Shown here: positions 43,443 through 52,609 of the stretch, one piece after another | Layout of the letters: every line of letters starts with the position of its first letter | Position numbering within the stretch: position 1 is the stretch's first letter | Assembly: GCA_964291465.2 (NCBI GenBank) | Contig: OZ219934.1 | Coordinates: forward strand, 6,768-70,767 | DNA: 64,000 nucleotides | Direction of reading: 5' to 3' | DNA from: Dehalococcoidia bacterium | Lineage (GTDB): Bacteria > Chloroflexota > Dehalococcoidia > Lucifugimonadales > JAGWBF01 | Position numbers and translations under genes: made by a program | The notes under the pieces: generated by a model | What the model was told of the DNA's origin: nothing | The model's database searches: none | The model's input: the letters and a program-made list of their open reading frames with translations, nothing else

Positions 43443-44384
43443 GTGGCCGTGCCCGACCTCCGCTTCGGCGCCACCCTGGGCCTGGGCCTGGAAGAGACGG
43501 CCGCCGAGGCCCGCTGGCTGCAGGACCTGGGCTACGACTACGTGGGCGCGGGCGAGCACTTCATGCGGGGAGACCCCCCGGGCCCCTCCGCGGCGGCCCT
43601 GTCGGTGCTGGGCGTGGCCGCCGGGGCCACCGACCGGATACGCCTCGTCTCCTCGGTGGTGCTCCTGCCCTTCTACCACCCCACCGTGCTGGCCAAGCTG
43701 GCGACCACCGTCGACGTGGCCTCCAACGGCCGTCTCACCCTGGGAGTGGGCGTTGGAGGCGAGTTCCCGGTGGAGTTCGACGCCGCCGGGATCTCGGTGC
43801 GCCAACGGGGCAGCCGGAGCAACGAGTGCCTGGAGGTGCTTCGAGGGCTCTGGGCCGGGGAGCGGGTGACGTACCGGGGGCGCCATTTCCAGTTGGACGG
43901 CGTCGGCATCTCTCCGCCCCCGGCCCAGTCCCCCCATCCGCCCGTGTGGGTGGCCGGCCGCCGGGACGCCGCCATGCGGCGCGCCGCCCGGCTGGGGGAC
44001 GGCTGGCTGCCCTACCTGTACAGCCCGGACAGGTACCGCCGCAGCGTAGACGCCATCGGCGAGATGGCCGCCGCCGAGGGCCGGGACCTGTCAGGCTTCC
44101 AGTGGGCCGACTTCCAGTTCATCTCCATTGCCGACTCGGTGGAGGAGGCCGCCGAGAGCGCGGCCCGGTCCCTGGGCCTCCAGTACCGGTACTCGGGGGA
44201 CTTCCGGGACATCGTGGGAAGGTACTGCGTCCTGGGCCCGCCCGAGGAGTGCGTCCGGCAGCTCCGCGAGTACGTGGACGCCGGGGCGCGCCACTTCATC
44301 CTGAGCTGGGCCTGCGGCCGCGAGGACCGGGCCCGGCACGCGGAGATTGCGGCCATGGAGATCATTCCCCGGCTCCGCGGATAG
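43443..44384 (+). CDS. Luciferase-like (LLM class) flavin/F420-dependent oxidoreductase
   Basis: LGYDYVGAGEH ... LLPFYHP ... LTLGVGVGGE ... HPPVWVAG pattern of LLM-class enzymes. The cofactor is not determinable. Confidence 0.8.
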   Translation: MAVPDLRFGATLGLGLEETAAEARWLQDLGYDYVGAGEHFMRGDPPGPSAAALSVLGVAAGATDRIRLVSSVVLLPFYHPTVLAKLATTVDVASNGRLTLGVGVGGEFPVEFDAAGISVRQRGSRSNECLEVLRGLWAGERVTYRGRHFQLDGVGISPPPAQSPHPPVWVAGRRDAAMRRAARLGDGWLPYLYSPDRYRRSVDAIGEMAAAEGRDLSGFQWADFQFISIADSVEEAAESAARSLGLQYRYSGDFRDIVGRYCVLGPPEECVRQLREYVDAGARHFILSWACGREDRARHAEIAAMEIIPRLRG

Positions 44385-44454
44385 GCGGGACGGGCGGCGG
44401 GCGACGGTCCTTGGGGCAAGAGCCCACCCCCACAGCAACAACCGGAGGTGCAAC

Positions 44455-45264
44455 ATGGCAGGAATCTGGCCCGGCGAGACCCAGTGCGTGGCGATGCTCA
44501 GCTTCGACGTGGACGGCGTGTCGTCGTGGATCCGGCGCAACCCCGACCACGCCAGGCTGCCCAGCCTCATGTCCATGGCGGAGTACGGGCCCAGCGTGGC
44601 CACCCCCCGCATACTGGACCTGCTGGACGACCACGGGATCAAGGCCAGCTTCTACATCCCCGGCTACGTGGCCGAGACCCACCCCGACATGGTGAGGGAC
44701 ATCGCCCGGCGGGGCCACGAGATCGGCCACCACGGGTACATGCACGAGCCCCCGGCCACCATGGACGCGAAGGAAGAGGAGGAGGTGCTGAAACGGGGCA
44801 TCGGCATCCTGGAAGACCTGGTGGGGGAGCGGCCCACGGGATACCGCTCGCCGAGCTGGGAGCTGAGCGAGGTGTCGCTGGAGCTGCTGGCAGCCTACGG
44901 CTTCGCCTACGACACCAGCCTGATGGGGGACGACGCGCCCTACACGGTCGACACCTCCAGGGGCCCCCTGGTGGAGATCCCCACGCACTGGATACTGGAC
45001 GACGCACCCCACTTCGTGTACGCGCCGGCGGCCCAGCGCACCAGCCCCATGAAGAGCCCCAACGAGATCTACGATATCTGGGCCGCCGAGTTCGACGGCC
45101 TCTACAGGTACGGCAGGTCCTTCAACCTCACCATGCACCCCCAGTTCATAGGCCGCCCGGGGAGGCTCCTCATGCTGGAGCGGCTCATCGCCTACATCCG
45201 CTCCCATCCCAACGTCCCATTCATGCGCCTGACGGATGTGGCGCAGGTATGGGCGGGCCGCTAG
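44455..45264 (+). CDS. Polysaccharide deacetylase (NodB/CE4) family protein
   Basis: ATG 44455 follows GGAGGTG. LSFDVDG, ASFYIPG, GHEIGHHGYMHE. Confidence 0.85.
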   Translation: MAGIWPGETQCVAMLSFDVDGVSSWIRRNPDHARLPSLMSMAEYGPSVATPRILDLLDDHGIKASFYIPGYVAETHPDMVRDIARRGHEIGHHGYMHEPPATMDAKEEEEVLKRGIGILEDLVGERPTGYRSPSWELSEVSLELLAAYGFAYDTSLMGDDAPYTVDTSRGPLVEIPTHWILDDAPHFVYAPAAQRTSPMKSPNEIYDIWAAEFDGLYRYGRSFNLTMHPQFIGRPGRLLMLERLIAYIRSHPNVPFMRLTDVAQVWAGR

Positions 45265-45405
45265 GACCCGCTGGTCCATTCCAGCCAGTCATTCGGGCCC
45301 CTGGGCCGCAATCCAGGGTCGGGGTGGGGAGCACGTGGACTCTCCCGCACGCAGGTATGATGACGAGGGTTGCTGCGAGACATTCTCATGGCGACGACAT
45401 GATGC

Positions 45406-46086
45406 GTGGGAAACTACCCAAGAGTCTCGACGAGGCGAATGATTCTCCCAAAGGGCCAGATGCAACGCGGCGCGACGATGGCCGGGGTCGTCCTGGCCCT
45501 GCTGGCCGCCGTCTTCCTGACGCTGCACCTCACGCTGTCCGACGACCACGCCGGCAGGGCCGGGAGCCTGGCGGGGATCGTCCAGGCCGCCGTCACCGTT
45601 CTGGCCATCATCGGCGGCGGGGCCTTCGCCGCCTACAAGTGGCAGGTGTTCAGGGCCTACGCACCCCATCTGACCATCTCCCACAGGGTGTCCCACAGGC
45701 CCATCGGCGACAGCTACGTCCACATCGACGTGACCGCGACCCTGCAGAACAGCTCCAAGGTGCGGATAGAGCTGCACGAGGGCTTCTTCCGCCTGCAGCA
45801 GATAGCGCCGATGTCCGACGAGGAGGTGGAGGCCCTGTACGCCCAGGTGTTCGTCGACCAGGAGCACGACTACCTCCAGTGGCCCACCGGCGACGAGGCC
45901 CGGCGCACCTGGGACAAGGACGAGCTGATCGTGGAGCCGGGCGAGGTCCATCGGGAGACCTTCGAGTTCATAGTCTCGAGGGAGGTCAGGGCGGTCATGG
46001 TCTATACGTACTTCTACAACCCCGGGGCCTCCCGGACTCTCGGATGGGGCACGGCCACGGTCCATGATATGATTGGGGTTAGCTGA
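45406..46086 (+). CDS. Hypothetical membrane protein: two N-terminal TM helices plus a beta-rich soluble domain
   Basis: TM1 is GVVLALLAAVFLTLHLTL and TM2 is IVQAAVTVLAIIGGGAFAAY, followed by about 150 aa with alternating hydrophobic pattern. The start is ambiguous (GTG 45406, ATG 45439, 45460 or 45478). Confidence 0.5.
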   Translation: MGNYPRVSTRRMILPKGQMQRGATMAGVVLALLAAVFLTLHLTLSDDHAGRAGSLAGIVQAAVTVLAIIGGGAFAAYKWQVFRAYAPHLTISHRVSHRPIGDSYVHIDVTATLQNSSKVRIELHEGFFRLQQIAPMSDEEVEALYAQVFVDQEHDYLQWPTGDEARRTWDKDELIVEPGEVHRETFEFIVSREVRAVMVYTYFYNPGASRTLGWGTATVHDMIGVS

Positions 46087-46336
46087 TACGCCGCCGTTAC
46101 GGGGGGTTGCATGCCGTCCAAGGACGCCAACGACACGAGAGAAGTGACGAGAGGAATGGAGCCAAGAGTAGCGCCTTCGAGGCTTGTGGACTCCGACACC
46201 CCGCCCGGAGAGGCCCCCGGGGCGGCCAAGGTGGAGGTCCACGGGTCGGGGCCGAGGATGGCCCCTCCCAAGCCCCAGGGGTCGCGCAAGCCGCCGGGCC
46301 ACAGGCTGCCCGGGAAGCCGGAGTAGGCCCTTCCTC

Positions 46337-47794
46337 CTAGCCCCGCAGGTCCGGCTGCCTGGCGGCCCGGACCTCGTCCAGACGCGACACCGGCGTGGTG
46401 TGGGGCGCCCCAGTCACCAAGCCCGGGTCCTCGGTGACCTCCCGGTCGATGGCCCTCATGGCCTCGATGAAGGCGTCCAGGGTCTCCCGGCTCTCGGTCT
46501 CGGTGGGCTCTATCATCAGCGTCTCGTCCACGATGAGGGGGAAGTACATGGTCGGCGCGTGGACGCCGTAGTCCAGGAGCCGCTTGGCTATGTCCAGCCC
46601 CCGGGCGCCCCTGGCCTTCTGGTCCCTGGCCGACACCACGACCTCGTGCATGCAGCGGCGGTCGTAGGGCACATGGTAGGTGCCCCGCAGGCCCTGCAGC
46701 AGGTAGTTGGCGTTCAGCACCGCGTTGCCGCTCACCTCGGTCAGCCCCGTGTTGCCCATGCTGCGTATGTAGGTGTAGGCCCGCACCAGCACGCCGAAGT
46801 TGCCCTGGAACCCCGACACCCGCCCTATGGACTTGGATGGCTCGACCAGGGAGAAGGTCTCCCGGCCGTCGGAGTCGGACCGCTCCACCACCGGGGCAGG
46901 CAGGTAGGGGGTCAGCTCCTCGCTGGCACACACCGGCCCGGCCCCGGGGCCCCCGCCCCCGTGGGGCGTGGTGAATGTCTTGTGCAGGTTCAGGTGGACC
47001 ACGTCGAACCCCAGGTCGGCGGGCTTGGCCCGCCCCAGCAGGGCGTTCATGTTGGCCCCGTCGCCGTACACCAGGCCGCCGGCCCGGTGGACCGTGTCGC
47101 ACAGCTCCTGGATGTTGGTGTTGAACAGGCCCAGGGTGTTGGGCTGGGTTATCATCAGGCCCGCCAGCCGCGAGTCGGCCACGGCCGCCAGCGCCTCCCT
47201 GTCCATGTTGCCGCTGGAGTCCGAGGGTATGGTCACCACCTGGAACCCGGCCATGGCCGCCGACGCCGGGTTGGTGCCGTGGGCGCTGTCGGGGATGGCC
47301 ACGGTTGTACGCTGGGTCTCCCCCCGGTCCAGCAGCGCCGCCCGGATCATCAGCATGCCGCAGAACTCCCCCTGGGCCCCGGCCAGGGGCGACAGGCCGA
47401 CTGCATTGGTGCCGGTGATCTCCGCCAGGTACCCCTGCAGGGTGTGGAGCAGCTTCAGGGCTCCCTGCACCGTCTCGGGGGGCTGGCGGGGGTGCAAGCC
47501 CGCGAACCCGGGGAGGAACGCCATCTCGTCGTTCACCTTGGGGTTGTACTTCATCGTACAGCTCCCCAGGGGATAGAAGTTGGTGTCGATGGAGAAGTTC
47601 AGGTGGCTGAGGAGGGTGAAGTATCGGACGACCTGGGGCTCGGTCACCTCGGGCATCCTCAGCTCGTCCCGCAGGAGGGCGGCGTCCAGGGCCGGCTGGG
47701 ATGGAACGTCCAGGGAGGGCAGGTTGGCCCCCACCCTGCCCGGCACGCTGCGCTCCATCAGGGTGCGGCGGTCCATGCCGTCGCTGCGCGTCAT
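46337..47794 (-). CDS. gcvPB: Glycine dehydrogenase (decarboxylating) subunit 2
   Basis: ATG 47794 overlaps the gcvPA stop (ATGA). YPLGSCTMKYNP and the PLP region NLHKTFTTPHGGGGPG. Confidence 0.95.
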   Translation of the reverse strand: MTRSDGMDRRTLMERSVPGRVGANLPSLDVPSQPALDAALLRDELRMPEVTEPQVVRYFTLLSHLNFSIDTNFYPLGSCTMKYNPKVNDEMAFLPGFAGLHPRQPPETVQGALKLLHTLQGYLAEITGTNAVGLSPLAGAQGEFCGMLMIRAALLDRGETQRTTVAIPDSAHGTNPASAAMAGFQVVTIPSDSSGNMDREALAAVADSRLAGLMITQPNTLGLFNTNIQELCDTVHRAGGLVYGDGANMNALLGRAKPADLGFDVVHLNLHKTFTTPHGGGGPGAGPVCASEELTPYLPAPVVERSDSDGRETFSLVEPSKSIGRVSGFQGNFGVLVRAYTYIRSMGNTGLTEVSGNAVLNANYLLQGLRGTYHVPYDRRCMHEVVVSARDQKARGARGLDIAKRLLDYGVHAPTMYFPLIVDETLMIEPTETESRETLDAFIEAMRAIDREVTEDPGLVTGAPHTTPVSRLDEVRAARQPDLRG

Positions 47795-49134
47795 TGCCCG
47801 GCCCCCGCGGCCAACGCCGACGCCAACTCCTCGATGTCCCCGCGGCTGTTCATCTCGGTGACGCACAGGACCATGCCGTTGGGGACCCTGTCGCTCACGT
47901 CGAGGCCGCCTATGATGTTGCGCTCCAGGAGCCCCCGGTTGATCTCGGCGGGCGGCGCCGGGCACTGGACGGTGAACTCGTTGAAGAAGGGCGCGTCCAT
48001 GGGGAGGCTGAACCCCGGTATCTTCTCGATCAGCGAGGCCGCGTAGTGGGCCTTGTGGTAGGACAGCTCCGCCACGCGGCGCAGTCCCGCCTTGCCCAGG
48101 GCCGCCATGTACACCGTCGCGGCCAGGGTCATCAGCGCCTCGTTGGTGCAGATGTTGCTGGTGGCCCGCTCCCTTCTTATGTGCTGCTCCCTGGTGCTCA
48201 GGGTGAGCACGTAGCCCGTCCTGCCCTCGCTGTCGACGGTCTTGCCGGCGATGCGGCCCGGCATCTGGCGGATGTTTCTCTGGCGGGCGGTGAACAGGCC
48301 CAGGTAGGGGCCGCCGTAGCTCGGGGGTATGCCCAGGGCCTGACCCTCGCCAGTCACGATGTCCGCCCCGTAGTCGCCCGGGGGCTTCAGCATGCCCATG
48401 GCCACCGGGTTGGCGGACACGGCCAGCAGCGCGCCCTTCCCGTGGGCCTGGGCTTCGATGCGGGCCAGGTCGTGGAGGCATCCGAAGAAGTTGGGGTACT
48501 GGACCATGACGCAGGCCGTCTCGTCGGTCACATCCAGGGCTGCTGGGTCGGTCTCGGTGACGTCGACGCCCAGTCCCTGGGTGTACGCCCGGACCACCTG
48601 CCGGTACGAGGGGGATACCGTGTCCAGGATGACGACCTTGTTGCGCCCCGTCACGCGGCACGCCATCAGCGCCGCCTCGGCCAGGGCCGACGCACCGTCG
48701 TACATCCCGGCGTCGGATACCTCCATCCCGAAGAGGCTGCATATCATCGTCTGGAAGTCGTACGTGACCTGCAGCGTCCCCTGGCTGACCTCCGGCTGGT
48801 AGGGAGTGTACGCCGTCAGGAACTCCCCGCGGGTGATGATGGCCCTCACGATGCTGGGGCTGAAGTGGTTGTAGGCGCCGCCGCCCAGGAAGGACACAGA
48901 GCCAGCCAGGCTCCGGTTGGAGTCCGCCATGGACTGGAGCTCCCGCTTGAGCTCCAGCTCCGAGAGGGGCGCGGGGATGTCGAGGGCGGGGTTGCGCACG
49001 CTGGCCGGTATGTCCTGGAACAGGTCGTCGACGGAGGCCGCGCCCACCGCCTCCAGCATGCGGGCGCGGTCGTCCAGCGTGTTGGGTATGTAGTGGAAGG
49101 CGCGGTCCGGGGCGTTGGGCGGCTCTCGTGTCAT
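47791..49134 (-). CDS. gcvPA: Glycine dehydrogenase (decarboxylating) subunit 1
   Basis: FLGGGAYNH...TAYTPYQPEVSQG..., colinear with GcvPA. Confidence 0.95.
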   Translation of the reverse strand: MTREPPNAPDRAFHYIPNTLDDRARMLEAVGAASVDDLFQDIPASVRNPALDIPAPLSELELKRELQSMADSNRSLAGSVSFLGGGAYNHFSPSIVRAIITRGEFLTAYTPYQPEVSQGTLQVTYDFQTMICSLFGMEVSDAGMYDGASALAEAALMACRVTGRNKVVILDTVSPSYRQVVRAYTQGLGVDVTETDPAALDVTDETACVMVQYPNFFGCLHDLARIEAQAHGKGALLAVSANPVAMGMLKPPGDYGADIVTGEGQALGIPPSYGGPYLGLFTARQRNIRQMPGRIAGKTVDSEGRTGYVLTLSTREQHIRRERATSNICTNEALMTLAATVYMAALGKAGLRRVAELSYHKAHYAASLIEKIPGFSLPMDAPFFNEFTVQCPAPPAEINRGLLERNIIGGLDVSDRVPNGMVLCVTEMNSRGDIEELASALAAGAGQ

Positions 49135-49191
49135 GGAGCGGCTCGGCAGTTCATGTGTGGAGCCCCGGGAGTCCGCCCGCCCCGGCCCACC

Positions 49192-49581
49192 TTAGTGGGA
49201 GGTCTCTTCCAAAAACGCCGAGTACTCCTCGGCGCTCAGGAGGCGTTCCAGCTCGGCGGCGTCCTCCAGCCTCATCCGCAGGAGCCACCCCTTGCCGCTG
49301 GGGTCCTCGTTGACCAGCTCAGGGTGGTCGATGGCCTCCTGGTTCACGTCCACCACCTCGCCGGTCACCGGGGAGAACAGGTCCGAGACCGCCTTCACCG
49401 ACTCGATCTCGCCCAGCTTGGCGAACTGCTCCAGCCGGGCGCCCGCCGCTGGAAGGTCAAGGTACACCACGTCCCCGAGCTGGTCCTGGGCGTAGTGGGT
49501 GATTCCCACCAGGGCGTCGGAGCCCTCCTCCGGCTTCACCCACTCGTGCTCTTTGGTATACCTGCGGTCGTCGGGTATCAT
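49192..49581 (-). CDS. gcvH: Glycine cleavage system H protein
   Basis: YTKEHEWV ... lipoyl-lysine motif IESVKAVSDL. Confidence 0.95.
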   Translation of the reverse strand: MIPDDRRYTKEHEWVKPEEGSDALVGITHYAQDQLGDVVYLDLPAAGARLEQFAKLGEIESVKAVSDLFSPVTGEVVDVNQEAIDHPELVNEDPSGKGWLLRMRLEDAAELERLLSAEEYSAFLEETSH

Positions 49582-50675
49582 GCGCTGGACTCTCTGGTGT
49601 AGAAGGGCAGGGAAACGACCTCGGCTTCGGCGAGTCTACCGCGGATGTCTATCTGGAGCGGGCTTCCGGCTCCCGCGAATCCACTGAGAACATAGCCCAT
49701 CGCAACGACTCTGTCAAGGGTCGGAGACTGGGTGCCGCTGGTCACGGTCCCCACCTGGTCGCCGCCACTGAGGATCGGATAGCCGTGCCTGGCCAGGCTT
49801 CGTCCCTGGACGTTCAGCCCCACCAGCCGCCTGGGAGGGCCCTCCTCGTTCTGCCTCCGGAGGACCTCCGCCCCGACGAACTCCTTGTCCAGCCGGACGA
49901 AGCGCTCCAGGCCCGCCTCGATGGGCGTCGTGGTGGTGTCTATGTCGTTGCCGTGGAGGCTCAGCCCCGCCTCCAGCCGGAGCACGTCCCGGGCGCCGAG
50001 GCCGCAGGGAGCGCCCCCGGCCTCCATGAGCGCCCGCCAGACGTGGGCTGCGTCCGCGGCTTCGACGATCAGCTCGAAGCCGTCCTCCCCGGTGTACCCG
50101 GTGCGCCCCACGAAGGCCGGCCGCGACGCCACAATCCCCTCGGTGTAGGAGAAGAAGCGCATCCGCGACGTATCCACGTCGCCGGCCGCCTCCAGCAGCC
50201 CAGGGGTGGCGGGCCCCTGGAGGGCGATCATGGCCGTGGCCTGGGTGCGGTCCTCGATGGACACGCCCGGGAACTTCTCCTGGGCCCAGCGGCGCATCCA
50301 CGGCACCACGTACTGCCGGTTGGAGGCGTTGCAGACCAGCAGGTACCGCTCCTCGTCCACCCGGTAGTAGACCGTGTCGTCGATGATGCCGCCCTCCTCG
50401 TTGCAGATGAGGGCGTAGCGGGCCCTGCCCTGGCGCAGGTTGGAGGCGGTGTGGGTGACGACCCAGTCCAGGAAGGCGGGGGCGTCGGGGCCCGATATCC
50501 CCAGGCGTCCCATGTGGGAAACGTCGAAGAGCCCCGCCCTGGAGCGCACCGCCCGGGTCTCGGCCAGGATGCCGGTGTACTGCACCGGCATGTCCCAACC
50601 GGCAAAGGGGACCATCCTCGCGTTCAGCGACGTGTGCGTACCGTGAAGGGGCGTCCTATTGAGCTGTTCGGCCAA
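49578..50675 (-). CDS. gcvT: Aminomethyltransferase (glycine cleavage T protein)
   Basis: TPLHG...MVPFAGWDMPVQY...LFDVSHMG. Its stop overlaps the gcvH start. Confidence 0.95.
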   Translation of the reverse strand: MAEQLNRTPLHGTHTSLNARMVPFAGWDMPVQYTGILAETRAVRSRAGLFDVSHMGRLGISGPDAPAFLDWVVTHTASNLRQGRARYALICNEEGGIIDDTVYYRVDEERYLLVCNASNRQYVVPWMRRWAQEKFPGVSIEDRTQATAMIALQGPATPGLLEAAGDVDTSRMRFFSYTEGIVASRPAFVGRTGYTGEDGFELIVEAADAAHVWRALMEAGGAPCGLGARDVLRLEAGLSLHGNDIDTTTTPIEAGLERFVRLDKEFVGAEVLRRQNEEGPPRRLVGLNVQGRSLARHGYPILSGGDQVGTVTSGTQSPTLDRVVAMGYVLSGFAGAGSPLQIDIRGRLAEAEVVSLPFYTRESSA

Positions 50676-50691
50676 GACTCGGCTCCTGCAA

Positions 50692-52609
50692 CTAGTTGTC
50701 GGCGTGGGCGGGGGACCCGCCCTCCGCCGCGGCCCCCTGCAGGCCGTAGTTGATGTCGTACAGGCGGCTGTAGGCGCCGCCCCGCTCCAGCAGCTCCTCG
50801 TGCCGGCCCACCTCCAGCACCCGGCCCTGGTCCAGCACGACGATCACGTCGGCGTTGCGTATGGTGGAGAGGCGGTGGGCGATGACTATCGACGTGCGGC
50901 CCTGGAGTATCCCCTTCAGGGCGCTCTGGATCACCAGCTCCGTTTGCGTGTCGATGTTGGCGGTGGCCTCGTCCAGGACCAGGATGCGCGGGTTGCTGAC
51001 GATGGCCCGGGCGAAGCTCAGGAGCTGCCTCTGGCCCACGCTGAGGTTGGTCCCCCGCTCGGCAAGCTCGGACTTGTAGCCGTTGTCCAGGGCCATGATG
51101 AAATCATGGGCCCCCACGGCCTTGGCAGCCTCCACCACGTCCTGGTCCGTGGCCTCCTCGTGGCTGTAGCGTATGTTCTCCTCCACCGTTCCCGAGAAGA
51201 GGAAGGGCTCCTGAAGCACCATGCTCATCTGGCCCACCAGGGACCTGCGCTTCACGTCCCGGACGTCGTAGCCGTCGACGGTGATGCGTCCCTCGGTGAC
51301 GTCGGCGAACCTGGTCAGGAGGGTGACGAAGGTGCTCTTGCCCGCCCCGGTGGCCCCCACCAGCGCCACCGTCTGGCCGGGGTTGAAGTGCAGGTCCACG
51401 TCCTTCAGGACGTCAACGCCGGGCACGTAGTGGAAGCTGACGTTCTCGTACCTGATCTCTCCCCTTATCGGGGGCATGTCTCCCGCCTCGGGCTTGTCCA
51501 TCACCTCGGGCTTCAGGTCCACCACCTCGAAGATCCGCACGCCGGCGGCCATCCCCCGCTGGAGCTGGGTGTACTGCATGGTCAGGTGGCGGACGGGCTC
51601 GAAGAAGCGCTGTATCCACATGGGAAAGGCTATCAGCACCCCCCAGTCTATGTCCTGGTCCAGGGCCATGATCCCGCCATATACGACGACCACTCCGAAC
51701 CCGAATCCGATGAGCAGCTCCACCACAGGCTGGAGGCCCCCCGAGAAGCGGCTGGCCTGCATGTTGGCGTCCAGGTGCTCGTAGTTCAGCTCGTCGAAGT
51801 GCTTGAGGTTCTCCCCCTGCCGGTTCAGGCTCTCAACTACCCTGACGCCGGTGATGTTCTGGTTGTACTCCCCGTTGACCATGGCGATGGCCCGGCGGAT
51901 GCGGATGAACGACCGGCGGGCGAACTTCTGCCAGTAGGCCAGGATGATGAACAGCACCGGGATGACACTCAGGCACACCAGGGAGAGGCGCAAGTCCACC
52001 AGCCCTACAAAGGGCAGTATCACCGCCATCAACAGCACTATGCCCACCAGGCTGAGGATGTCCGAGAGGCTCAGCACCATCAGCTCAAAGGTCTCGGTGA
52101 GCTGGATGACGTCGCTGGAGAGGCGCGACATTATCCGGCCCACGGGCGTGCGGTGGAAGAAGGACGGCGACAGCTCCTGGAGATGGCCGAACATGTGGGT
52201 GCGCAGGGCGTAGAGGATGCTCTGGCCCAGCTTGGGCATGTAGATGAACTGGCATGTACATGGCGCCGAAGGTCATCAACGCCGACGCCAGGAAGGCGAT
52301 GCCGATGACGTGGAGCCGCCACACCTCTCCGCTGTTGATCCCCCAATCGATGCCCAGCAGCACGATCAGGGGCACGGTCACGTTGCCCAGGGTATAGAGG
52401 GATACCGCCAGAAGCGAGAGTGCGACCTCTTTCTTGAAGGGCTTGAGATAGGACGCCAGCCGGGTGACCACCCTGTGGTCGTAGGCGCTCCCCACGATCC
52501 CCTCGTCGGTCAGGTTGTCCATGGTCGGGGCGTGCATGGATCCGGCGTTCATGCCCCGCATGTTGCCCAACATGCCCCCGAAACCGGCGCCACCGCCCCC
52601 GGCGTGCAT
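50692..52609 (-). pseudogene. ABC exporter (fused TMD-NBD), reading frame broken once
   Basis: The N-terminal 120 aa (ATG 52609, ...LASALMTFGAMY) continue in the +1 frame as QFIYMPKLGQSILYALR... through the TMD and NBD (Walker A GATGAGKST, signature LSVGQRQ, Walker B LVLDEAT). The break lies between 52240 and 52262 with no homopolymer. Confidence 0.75.

Noticed and set aside
46111-46326. 71-aa ORF downstream of the 2TM protein as a partner gene.
   Set aside because: The product is Pro/Gly/Ala-rich and low-complexity (PPGEAPGAAK...PPKPQGSRKPPGHRLPGKPE), typical of high-GC noise. No SD. It is mentioned only as context.
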